This document shows, one piece after another, positions 55,259 to 63,922 of a stretch of DNA of 64,000 nucleotides. The stretch is from Bacteroidota bacterium. Lineage in GTDB: Bacteria; Bacteroidota; Bacteroidia; UKL13-3. The notes beneath the pieces were generated by a model that ran no database searches, had not been told where the DNA came from, and was given only the letters and a program-made list of their open reading frames with translations. How positions within the stretch are numbered: position 1 is the first letter of the stretch; each line of letters opens with the position of its first letter. The stretch is from the NCBI GenBank assembly GCA_027491085.1, contig JAIXWW010000014.1:79414-143413 (forward strand). Direction: 5' to 3'. A program made the translations under genes and the position numbers.

Positions 55259-56551
55259 ATGAAAACCTTAAACCACCACGAAACCATAAGTTTAATATTA
55301 AGCTTAGGCATACTGCTTATTGTGGCAAGGCTTGTGGGTGAGTTTTTCAGGAAATTTAAAATGCCATTGGTAGTTGGAGAGTTGGTGGCGGGTATTTGTT
55401 TAGGACCAAGTTTGTTAGGTCAATATTTTCCGCAGGTAAGTAATTTGGTTTTGAATAAAGAAAGTAATTCGGCCATTGCATTTAATGGTATTACTTCTAT
55501 ATCTGTTATTATGTTATTGTTTGTTGCAGGTATGGAAGTTGATTTATCCATCATTCGTCAGCAAGGCAAAACTGCTTTAAAAACAAGTTTTTTAGGATTA
55601 GTCATTCCACTAGGATTAGGATTTTTAGTAGCTTATTACCAATTTCCATTATTTGGCGAAAACTACAATTCGCACACTCAATTAATTTTATTCAGCTTAT
55701 TTTTTGGAACAGCCATGGCTGTTTCTGCATTACCAATTATAGCGCGTACTTTAATGGACTTAGGTTTATTTAGAACCAAAGTAGGCATGATAATTATAGC
55801 AGCTGCCATGTTTGATGATATCATCGGGTGGTTATTGTTTTCGGTAATTTTAGGTATGATGAAGCCCGACACAGGTGCTCATGGTTTTATTTACACTTTG
55901 GGTTTAACCGTATTGTATTCCGTTGCCATGCTGACAGTTGGCCGTATAATTATTAATAAATCATTGCCTTGGGCACAAAAAAACTTTAGCTGGCCGGGAG
56001 GATTTTTAAGTATTTCGTTAGGTTTGGCATTTTTAGGTGCAGCCTTTACCGAGTTTATTGGCATTCATGCCATTTTTGGTGCTTTTATAGTAGGTATTGC
56101 TTTTGGCGATAGCGTTCATTTAACCGAAAAAACCCGTGAAATAGTGAATCAGTTTGTGACCAATATTTTTGCACCTTTGTTTTTTGTTTCTATTGGTTTT
56201 AAAGTAAACTTTTTTGCCAACTTCGATTTCCAAGTAACTGCTTTGGTATTAATTATTGCAGTAATTTGTAAACTATTAGGTGCTGGATTGGGCGCATTAT
56301 GGGGTGGTTTAACCAAAAAAGAAAGTTTGGCAGTAGGTTTTGGAATGAATGCACGAGGTGCTATGGAAATTATTTTAGCATTATTGGCTTTGCAAGCAGG
56401 ATTAATCAATCAAAAACTGTTTGTGGCTATAGTTATTATGGCGGTGGTAACTTCGGTTATGGCTGGCCCAGCTCTGCAACTTTTGGTAAAACGCCAATTA
56501 GACCAAGACAAAGAAGATTTAGACAAAGAACAAGAAGAGATGTTTGTTTAG
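55259..56551 (+). CDS. Cation:proton antiporter (CPA2 / Na+/H+ exchanger family)
   Basis: 430 aa with about 12 TM helices. N-terminus LGILLIVARLVGEFFRKFKMPLVVGELVAGICLGPS and the AAMFDDIIGW motif are typical of the family. Confidence 0.85.
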   Translation: MKTLNHHETISLILSLGILLIVARLVGEFFRKFKMPLVVGELVAGICLGPSLLGQYFPQVSNLVLNKESNSAIAFNGITSISVIMLLFVAGMEVDLSIIRQQGKTALKTSFLGLVIPLGLGFLVAYYQFPLFGENYNSHTQLILFSLFFGTAMAVSALPIIARTLMDLGLFRTKVGMIIIAAAMFDDIIGWLLFSVILGMMKPDTGAHGFIYTLGLTVLYSVAMLTVGRIIINKSLPWAQKNFSWPGGFLSISLGLAFLGAAFTEFIGIHAIFGAFIVGIAFGDSVHLTEKTREIVNQFVTNIFAPLFFVSIGFKVNFFANFDFQVTALVLIIAVICKLLGAGLGALWGGLTKKESLAVGFGMNARGAMEIILALLALQAGLINQKLFVAIVIMAVVTSVMAGPALQLLVKRQLDQDKEDLDKEQEEMFV

Positions 56552-56745
56552 CTTTTTGAATTTTTGATTTAGAGATTTTTTGATTTAAAGATTTTATTGT
56601 TGAATTGTCAAATTATTGATTGAGTGATTTTTCGATTTGGAGATTGAATTGTTAAATTGGGTAATTACCTATTTTTATTACAATTAACCAATTTCTCATC
56701 TCACTTTTAACAGTCTCCATCTCACAATCCTCATTTCACATCTCA
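56552..56745. repeat. Bipartite word repeat: T/G-rich arm (TTGATTTAGAGATT, TTGATTTAAAGATT, TTGATTGAGTGATT, CGATTTGGAGATTG) facing an A/C-rich arm (TCTCATCTCAC, GTCTCCATCTCAC, TCCTCATTTCAC, ATCTCAC)
   Basis: Read directly. The arms are loosely complementary (GGAGAT vs ATCTCC). Confidence 0.75.
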
Positions 56746-56760
56746 CCCCCCCCCAAAAAA
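56746..56760. repeat. Homopolymer tract of about C9 followed by A6
   Basis: CACCCCCCCCCAAAAAAGG lies about 90 nt upstream of the ATG at 56845 and about 55 nt upstream of the putative -7 box. Confidence 0.7.
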
Positions 56761-56811
56761 GGCCTAAAATGAATTTAAACAATAAATAGTTAGAGTTTTA
56801 AAACAAAACCT

Positions 56812-56819
56812 TATTTTCG
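56812..56819 (+). promoter_or_regulatory. Putative -7 box TATTTTCG
   Basis: A TAnnTTCG variant, 26 nt before the ATG at 56845. Confidence 0.3.
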
Positions 56820-56844
56820 CCCCCATTAAAAATTATAACAATAA

Positions 56845-57210
56845 ATGAAGCAATTGATAGATGCCATTAAAGCAACTTTGGCAAAAGAAGGATTTGAAGG
56901 CGAAAAATTAGTGAATCAGTTAAAAGAATTACGCCAACATTTTATTGAAAATTTAAACCAACCTGGCTATGTACGCATGATTAGATTGGCATACGAAAAC
57001 ATTCAAGAAAATGGCGATTACACCTTTGAATATACCGAAGATGACGGAAAAGCTAACCTTGATTATTTGTTAGATTTATTGAGCGATTATAGCAACAAAT
57101 ACAACAAAGAAGAGTTGGTAGAATACCGCAAAATGATGGAAGGCGAAGAGTGGACTAGTCCTGACCAAGAGTGGGAAGGCGAAGAGGATGACGAGGAAGA
57201 AGTAGCTTAG
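56845..57210 (+). CDS. Hypothetical acidic protein
   Basis: 121 aa, helical, with a strongly acidic tail (WEGEEDDEEEVA). No domain recognised. Confidence 0.5.
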   Translation: MKQLIDAIKATLAKEGFEGEKLVNQLKELRQHFIENLNQPGYVRMIRLAYENIQENGDYTFEYTEDDGKANLDYLLDLLSDYSNKYNKEELVEYRKMMEGEEWTSPDQEWEGEEDDEEEVA

Positions 57211-57259
57211 TTAAAAACAATCGGGGGGATTTTAGTTTTCTCACTTAAAAATTGTACCA

Positions 57260-58141
57260 TTGAATACACCAAAAGGAAAACTTATATCTATTGGAGGTGC
57301 CGAGGATAAAGGCACTGAACCAGAAAATGGATATGGGCACTCAGTAAAAAGTTTAAACTTTTTTAGCTTAGCTATTTTAAAAAGATTTGTTGAAGAAGTT
57401 GGCGGATCGGATAAAAAAATTGAAGTAATTACTACTGCTTCTTCTATTCCGCAAGAAGTAGGACAAAATTATATAGATGCATTTGGCAAAATAGGTTGCA
57501 AAAAAGCAGGCGTTATGAATATTCGTAACCGTGAAGACGTGCAAAATCCTGAATACATTCAACGCGTAAAAGATTGCGATGGTATTTTGTTTTCGGGTGG
57601 AGATCAATTGCGCCTAACCAGTATTTTTGGTGGAACCGAAATTTACCAAGTATTGCATGATAGGTATTATGCAGAAAAAAGTTTTGTAATAGCAGGTACT
57701 AGTGCAGGTGCCATGGCTATGAGTAATACCATGATTTACAGCGGAAAAAGCGAATTAGCGCATTTAAAAGGTGAAGTTAAAATTACTACTGGTTTAGCTT
57801 TTATTCCAAATGTAATTATCGATTCGCATTTTGATAAACGTGGACGTTTTAACCGATTAGCACAAGCAGTAGCAAGCAATCCGCAATGCACAGGAATTGG
57901 GCTTGGTGAAGATACTGGAGTAATTGTTATTGATAATAATTATTTAGAAGTAATAGGAAGCGGTGCTGTGGTAATTGTAGATGGGCGAGATATTAAATTC
58001 TCTAACATTACCGATGTAAGCGAAAGTTCACCTATTTGCATTGAAAATATTAAAGTAAATATTTTGGTAAAAGGGAATGGCTATTTGCTTAAAGAACGTA
58101 AGTTTTTACCTAATGCTCACGAAGCACACGCCAAAGCATAA
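57260..58141 (+). CDS. cphE: Cyanophycinase (peptidase S51)
   Basis: N-terminus KGKLISIGGAEDKG, then FSGGDQLRL and the nucleophile region IAGTSAGAMAMS, then IDSHFDKRGRFNRL. TTG start. Confidence 0.85.
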   Translation: MNTPKGKLISIGGAEDKGTEPENGYGHSVKSLNFFSLAILKRFVEEVGGSDKKIEVITTASSIPQEVGQNYIDAFGKIGCKKAGVMNIRNREDVQNPEYIQRVKDCDGILFSGGDQLRLTSIFGGTEIYQVLHDRYYAEKSFVIAGTSAGAMAMSNTMIYSGKSELAHLKGEVKITTGLAFIPNVIIDSHFDKRGRFNRLAQAVASNPQCTGIGLGEDTGVIVIDNNYLEVIGSGAVVIVDGRDIKFSNITDVSESSPICIENIKVNILVKGNGYLLKERKFLPNAHEAHAKA

Positions 58142-58160
58142 TACTAAAATCAAATAACTA

Positions 58161-58200
58161 AAAGCCTTCTAAATTCAAATTTAGAAGGCTTTTTTGTTTT
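58161..58200 (+). terminator. Intrinsic terminator after cphE
   Basis: A 14 bp stem AAAGCCTTCTAAAT/ATTTAGAAGGCTTT with a 4 nt loop, followed by a T run. Confidence 0.85.
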
Positions 58201-58611
58201 TATCCAAACTTAAAATATTAGCAAATAAAACCATCATTAATGCCAAAAGATTATCTTTTACGCGAAAAAACGAACACCTCCTTCTAACTATGCCCCTATG
58301 ATTACCCATGAATTTTTGACATACTGATTTAGTAATTTATTAAGAAAGGATTGATTTCGATAAACGTTTGTAAGTTGAATTGTTTTAATATTTTAGTGTC
58401 AATTCTTTTCTAAAAGGTTAGAAAGTAATAGCGCGTTGGCCCGACAAAAATGCGGGGGTACTTCAGGCCTAGTGGGGTGGGGAGCATATTTTTGTCTAGC
58501 TTTTTTGCATACTTTTTTAGCAATGAAAAAAGTATGAAGTAAAAAAGTAGAATGCTTAAATATAGTTAAATTTTGTCTTGTGAAAATTGATGAAGTACTT
58601 TCAAGAAGTTA

Positions 58612-61116
58612 CTATTTGGTCAACTTCTGCATGTTTTTTGGCAAACTCAACAAATTAGCAAACAACCTATAAGCGCCTGGCACGCCCGCAGGTAATTCTC
58701 TAAAGAAAGCCAAGCCTGTATACACATAATTTCCTTTGCCATATTTGGCAATAATTAAGCTGCCTTTATTAGGTTTTTCTCCTGGATCATTCATGCTTAG
58801 TGGGCATTCAAAACTACTATCTATTTCAGTAGCAAAATAAATTCCACGCTCTTGAATCCATCCGTCAAAATCGGTATTGGTAATTTTATTCGGAAAGTTT
58901 AAAACTGGGTGTTCTGGCAATAAGAACGTAATAGGTGCTTCTTCAATGGTAACTCTATCGCGACTAAGTTTAAATGGCACTGGCGAAATTTGGTCTTTCA
59001 ATGGTCCAAAAAAGCTATTGGTATTGTATTGAACAATTAAGTTTCCACCTTCTTTTACATAATCAAACACACGTTGTTTGTATTGTTGTAATTTTTCGTT
59101 GGTGTTAAATGCACGCACTCCAAGTACAATGGCTGGAAATTCATTTAAGTTTCCATTTTGTAATTGTTCATCAGTAATCATAACTACTTTGTAACCCATT
59201 TGTTCTAAGCTTGCTGGTACTTCATCGCCCGCACCTTGAATATAACCAATGGTGTTAAAAGTTTTCTTTACATCTACTTTTACCAATTTGGCTTCTGCTT
59301 CTGGAAACCAAGTTTGAACTGGAATATGATCATACTTAATTTCTTTGATGCCTTTGGTGTAGGTTTGTCCGTCTATTTCGGCTGTAAAGTTAATAGTTGA
59401 TGAAGTTGATTGGTTAATAGGTGCTTTGAACTGAAAAGTAAATATTTTTTCATCACCTTTTTTTGCTAATTCAAAATTATAGGAAATAGGAGAGTAGTTA
59501 AAGGTGGTTAGTTCTGCAAGTGCTACTTTAGGGTTGTTTTTGTCTTCTGAAATTATTTTGTGTTCATTTAATTTACCATCAGATTTTAAACTTAAAACAC
59601 CTTTTACATTGTCTTTTCCAGCTTTAACAATCACCTTGATTTCTTTGGGTTTTTCATCGGTAAATACAAAACTTTTTTGCGTTAAATTAATCATTATTGG
59701 AGGCGTAATTACCAACGGACGATACAATTCTCCTTTTTCTGGATCCACCCATTTGTATTGAAGTTGGTCAACTATTTTAATTCCTTTGCTAGTTGGGCTA
59801 AAATCGTAACCTGATAGTGTATAAGGTTGAGAAAAATTGTTACGTAGTAGATTGTTTTTATCTTCTATAAAAAACATATTGTTTGTTATCCTATTCTTTG
59901 TCCAATATAAGTAGGATATTTTATCGGTTGAAAAAATCGTAGTATCCTTATTTTGAATATTGAAAACATATCCTTTTAAAATGCTATTGGGAGTTCTAAC
60001 AATAGTTCCATTTGCAATAGTAATTTTTTCATTAATACTGAAGTTAGGTCTGTCAGAAATTGATTCTCTGAAGTATCCGTTACAGTTTAAAATTATTTTT
60101 CCAGATAAATCAAAGTAGTAATGATGTTCTTTTTCATCAAGAGAGTTGTAATGTGCTACTAAATCTTTTGATGATAACTGAGGTTCTTCAACCTTGTAAT
60201 CTTTCAAAATCTTTGTAATCAATGAACCAATTTTCTCTCCACCTTTCACTCTTTTCCAACTAAAATCTATTCCTTCAAAAATATCTTTTAAGCCAGTGGT
60301 ATCGCCTTTTAAAGGTTTAAAAAACTCCAAGCTTTCGCCACGTTGTTTGGCACTTCCAAAGCCTTGGCTTTTGTGCATGCTGCGGCTTTCGGCTGCTATT
60401 TCGCCATAACTTTTACCTAATAAAGGATTGTAACCACCTACATCTAATTTCATATACGGACTCATATCTGCATTAGGGTTTGCAAAACGAGTACTCACAT
60501 TCCAAAACATCCTGCGGGTTTTCCAAACCGAAACATACTGTAATTGCTCAGGAAAAAGAGTTGGATCGGCTGCTGCATCAAAAGCCTCTTCGGCCAACAT
60601 GGCCGATGCTGTATGATGCCCATGCCCGCCACTTCCGTCAGTAGTAAAACGAGTAATGATAATATCTGGTCTAAAATTACGGATTACCCAAACCATATCG
60701 CTTAATATGGAATCGTGGCTCCATTTGGTAAAAGTTTCTTCTGGATTTTTACTAAAACCAAAATCGTAAGCGCGGGTAAAAAACTGCTCGCCACCATCAA
60801 TTCTGCGTGCTGCTAATAATTCTTGGGTACGAATCATTCCTAATTCAATGCCTTGTTCCGAGCCAATTAAATTTTGTCCACCATCGCCACGTGTTAAACT
60901 TAAATAGCCAGTGCGCAAACATTTTTCATTAGCCAAATAAGCTATCAAACGCGTGTTTTCATCATCAGGGTGCGCAGCAATGTATAACACAGAGCCAACA
61001 GTGTTTAACTTTCTAAGTTGTAACAATATTTCCGATGAAGTGTATGATTTGGGTGCTTGCGCATTTACCAAACCTAAAATGCTAAATGATAAAATGAAGG
61101 TTATAAGTTTTTTCAT
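58612..61116 (-). CDS. PIG-L/LmbE family deacetylase fused to a large C-terminal region
   Basis: Signal peptide and the LmbE motif (LYIAAHPDDEN ... HGHHTAS). 834 aa. The C-terminal ~200 aa look like a class I glutamine amidotransferase-like/ThuA-like fold. Confidence 0.75.
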   Translation of the reverse strand: MKKLITFILSFSILGLVNAQAPKSYTSSEILLQLRKLNTVGSVLYIAAHPDDENTRLIAYLANEKCLRTGYLSLTRGDGGQNLIGSEQGIELGMIRTQELLAARRIDGGEQFFTRAYDFGFSKNPEETFTKWSHDSILSDMVWVIRNFRPDIIITRFTTDGSGGHGHHTASAMLAEEAFDAAADPTLFPEQLQYVSVWKTRRMFWNVSTRFANPNADMSPYMKLDVGGYNPLLGKSYGEIAAESRSMHKSQGFGSAKQRGESLEFFKPLKGDTTGLKDIFEGIDFSWKRVKGGEKIGSLITKILKDYKVEEPQLSSKDLVAHYNSLDEKEHHYYFDLSGKIILNCNGYFRESISDRPNFSINEKITIANGTIVRTPNSILKGYVFNIQNKDTTIFSTDKISYLYWTKNRITNNMFFIEDKNNLLRNNFSQPYTLSGYDFSPTSKGIKIVDQLQYKWVDPEKGELYRPLVITPPIMINLTQKSFVFTDEKPKEIKVIVKAGKDNVKGVLSLKSDGKLNEHKIISEDKNNPKVALAELTTFNYSPISYNFELAKKGDEKIFTFQFKAPINQSTSSTINFTAEIDGQTYTKGIKEIKYDHIPVQTWFPEAEAKLVKVDVKKTFNTIGYIQGAGDEVPASLEQMGYKVVMITDEQLQNGNLNEFPAIVLGVRAFNTNEKLQQYKQRVFDYVKEGGNLIVQYNTNSFFGPLKDQISPVPFKLSRDRVTIEEAPITFLLPEHPVLNFPNKITNTDFDGWIQERGIYFATEIDSSFECPLSMNDPGEKPNKGSLIIAKYGKGNYVYTGLAFFRELPAGVPGAYRLFANLLSLPKNMQKLTK

Positions 61117-61132
61117 ATTTTATTTAAATTCT

Positions 61133-61262
61133 ACCGCAAAGTTCTCAAAGGTTTTTCGCGAAGAGCGCTAAGTTTTATTTTTTTAACCGCAAAACTCTCA
61201 AAGTTTCTTTTTAAAATTCTTTGGGCTCTTTGCGTTTTTTCTTAGTGCCCTTAGCGGTTAAC
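61133..61262. repeat. Compound element of five degenerate 16-mers (CGCRAAG-N3-YYMAAG): three forward (61135, 61157, 61188) and two reverse (61219, 61241)
   Basis: Forward copies are CGCAAAGTTCTCAAAG, CGCGAAGAGCGCTAAG and CGCAAAACTCTCAAAG. Reverse copies (reverse-complemented) are CGCAAAGAGCCCAAAG and CGCTAAGGGCACTAAG. Start spacing is 22-31-31-22 nt, giving nested inverted pairs. Confidence 0.7.
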
Positions 61263-61294
61263 AAGCACTATAAGAAGCTGCCAGAAGCCAGCCG

Positions 61295-62761
61295 CTAATT
61301 AATCACACTATAACTCGTTCCATCTTTGCCATCTTTTATTTCAAAACCAATTTCTTTTAGTTTGTTTCTAATGGCATCGCTGGTAGCAAAATCTTTGTTT
61401 AGCTTAGCATGATTTCTTTGTTCAATAATCATGTTCATCAATCCATCCACTTTGCTATTATCAGTATTGTTTTCTTCTTGCAATCCCAATACATCAAAAA
61501 CTATTTCTGTCATTAGTTTTTTCAAACCTGCTTTATCTGTTTCAGTAATGGTTTCTTTTCCATCGTTAATAGAATTAATCATTCTAACCGCTTCAAAAAT
61601 ACTTGCAATGGCAATGGGTGTATTGAAATCATCGTTTAAAGCAGTGTATATTTCTGTTTTTACAGAATCAATATTTACTGAACTATTAGCACTTACTTTT
61701 AAGCCATCAATTAACTTTATGGCATTCATTAATCTTGCAAAACCTTTTTCTGAGGCTTGTAATGCTTCGTTGCTAAAATCTAAGGTGCTGCGGTAATGTG
61801 CTTGCAACATAAAGAAACGCACCGTCATTGGGCTGTAACCTTTATCTAATAAAGTATGTTTTCCTTCAAATAATTCATTTGGCAAAAACGAATTACCTAA
61901 ACTTTTGCTCATTTTTTGACCATTTACTGTCAACATGTTGGTATGAATCCAATAACGAGCAGGTTGAGTTTTATGGCAAGCTAAATTCTGTGCAATTTCG
62001 TTGGTATGATGCGTAGGAATTAAATCCATTCCACCGCCATGAATATCAAATTCATTTCCCAAATATTTACTACTCATAGCCGAGCATTCTAAATGCCAAC
62101 CAGGAAATCCAACTCCCCACGGACTAGGCCATTTCATGATATGTTCTGGTTTTGCTTTTATCCAAAGTGCAAAATCTAAACGTCCGCGTTTTTCATCTTG
62201 CCCATCTAAATCACGAGTTCCGTTCAATAAATCGTCTAAATTTCTGTTTGATAAAATGGTGTAATTATATTCTTTGGTAAACTTTTCTACATCAAAATAA
62301 ATAGAACCATTTACCTCATAAGCATAACCATTGGCTATAATCTGTTTGGTCATTTCTATTTGCTCTATGATATGACCAGTGGCAGTTGGTTCAATGCTTG
62401 GGGGCAAAGTATTGAACATGCGCATGGTTTCTCTAAAATCAATGGTGTAGCGTTGTACAATTTCCATTGGTTCTAGTTGTTCTAATTTTGCTTTTTTAGC
62501 AATTTTATCTTCGCCTTCATCTGCATCGCTTTCCAAATGTCCAGCATCGGTAATATTGCGCACATAGCGCACTTTATAACCCAAATGCAAAAAGTAACGA
62601 AAAATGACATCGAACGAAATAAAAGTTCGGGCATTGCCCAAATGCGCATTACCATATACAGTTGGTCCGCATACATACATGCCTAAATGACCCTCATGAA
62701 TCGGTTTAAAATCTTCGGTAGTTCGGGTTAAGGTATTGTATATTTTTAAAGTAGAATCCAT
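61295..62761 (-). CDS. cysS: Cysteine--tRNA ligase
   Basis: HIGH motif (HLGNARTF) and KMSKS, with zinc-site cysteines (CGPTVY, HLECS). Confidence 0.95.
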   Translation of the reverse strand: MDSTLKIYNTLTRTTEDFKPIHEGHLGMYVCGPTVYGNAHLGNARTFISFDVIFRYFLHLGYKVRYVRNITDAGHLESDADEGEDKIAKKAKLEQLEPMEIVQRYTIDFRETMRMFNTLPPSIEPTATGHIIEQIEMTKQIIANGYAYEVNGSIYFDVEKFTKEYNYTILSNRNLDDLLNGTRDLDGQDEKRGRLDFALWIKAKPEHIMKWPSPWGVGFPGWHLECSAMSSKYLGNEFDIHGGGMDLIPTHHTNEIAQNLACHKTQPARYWIHTNMLTVNGQKMSKSLGNSFLPNELFEGKHTLLDKGYSPMTVRFFMLQAHYRSTLDFSNEALQASEKGFARLMNAIKLIDGLKVSANSSVNIDSVKTEIYTALNDDFNTPIAIASIFEAVRMINSINDGKETITETDKAGLKKLMTEIVFDVLGLQEENNTDNSKVDGLMNMIIEQRNHAKLNKDFATSDAIRNKLKEIGFEIKDGKDGTSYSVIN

Positions 62762-62777
62762 AATAAAAAATGTGTGG

Positions 62778-62785
62778 CAAATATA
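62778..62785 (-). promoter_or_regulatory. Putative -7 box TATATTTG of cysS
   Basis: The reverse strand reads TATATTTG, 16 nt upstream of the ATG. No clear -33 element. Confidence 0.4.
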
Positions 62786-62809
62786 GCTGTTTATAGTTTG
62801 AATTTTGGT

Positions 62810-62832
62810 TTCCTAAAATTGAATTTTAGGAA
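62810..62832. promoter_or_regulatory. Perfect 23 bp palindrome TTCCTAAAATT-G-AATTTTAGGAA
   Basis: 11 bp arms around a single central base, 49-71 nt upstream of the cysS ATG and 68 nt downstream of the epimerase gene stop. Confidence 0.5.
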
Positions 62833-62899
62833 AGATTTTAGAAAAAAATTGAACAATAAATTGGTTGTAATAAAAGAAAATATCAAACAATTTTAATTT

Positions 62900-63922
62900 T
62901 TATAAATCAAGCAAAAAGGCATTACACACTTCTTTAATTGTTTGTTCAACAGGTTTAAATTTAAAATTGAGCGTTTTAATTATTTTACTATTGTCATAAT
63001 AGAATTGTTTCTGCGATGCTCTTGCAGTTTCTTTTGTTAAGCTAAATTTCGATAATTTTAAAAAGCGAACTATGGCAAATACGCGCCACGCCACTTCACT
63101 AAGAAATGGAGTTACGGCTATTTTGGGCGGCTTTACCTCTAGGTATTTGGCAATATTGTAAAATAATTTTTTTATACTTACGCTTTCACTTACCAAAATA
63201 TAACGTTCCCCAAAAATATTTTGTTCCATCAATTGAAGACAAACTTTAGTAATATCTTGTACGTCAATATAACCGTTTATACCATTGGTATAGAATGGCA
63301 TTCCTTTGTAAATAGAGTTAAAAAGAACCACAGAGCCTTTTGTGAAATCGCCATAGCCTAATATAACGCCAGGATTAACAATACATACATTCAAACCTTC
63401 TTCTTTAGCTCTCCAAACTTCCATCTCGGCCTTGTGCTTGCTAATGGCATAATTACTATTTAATTTTCTATTTTCCCATTTACAATTTTCGTTGATGGTT
63501 GTGCCATTCAAACTACGACCAATAGCCGCTATAGAACTGATATAGCAAAATTTTTCAACCTTATTGATGAGAGCAAGATTTACCATATTGGCAGTTCCTT
63601 CTACATTGGTTTTGTCCATTTTAGTTTTATCGGCTTGGGCAAAACTTACCATTGCTGCGCAATGATATACTTCAGTAACACCAATAAATGCCTCTTGAAG
63701 TTGTGGTAAATTTAAAATATCGGCTTCTACCCAATTCAAAGATTCGAATAATGCATTTTTAGCATCAATACTGAAATGGTTGAAATAATAATTAAATATT
63801 TTATTAAACTCAGCCAAACTAGCTGTACTTCGCCTAATTAGCTTTATTTTTTTACCTTGTAAAATTAAATAACAAGCCATGTGGGCACCTAAAAAACCTG
63901 TTGAACCGGTAACTAAAATCAC
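62900..63922 (-). CDS. NAD-dependent epimerase/dehydratase (extended SDR) family protein
   Basis: Rossmann motif ILVTGSTGFLG and a YxxxK catalytic pair (YAISKHK). GTG start. Confidence 0.8.
   Translation of the reverse strand: MILVTGSTGFLGAHMACYLILQGKKIKLIRRSTASLAEFNKIFNYYFNHFSIDAKNALFESLNWVEADILNLPQLQEAFIGVTEVYHCAAMVSFAQADKTKMDKTNVEGTANMVNLALINKVEKFCYISSIAAIGRSLNGTTINENCKWENRKLNSNYAISKHKAEMEVWRAKEEGLNVCIVNPGVILGYGDFTKGSVVLFNSIYKGMPFYTNGINGYIDVQDITKVCLQLMEQNIFGERYILVSESVSIKKLFYNIAKYLEVKPPKIAVTPFLSEVAWRVFAIVRFLKLSKFSLTKETARASQKQFYYDNSKIIKTLNFKFKPVEQTIKEVCNAFLLDL

Noticed and set aside
58431-58500. GC-rich island as a tRNA, SRP RNA, tmRNA or riboswitch.
   Set aside because: It has no cloverleaf and no conserved SRP (GGAA/AGCA), tmRNA or RNase P motifs. 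No downstream gene exists that could be regulated. It is kept only as an unclassified candidate sRNA.
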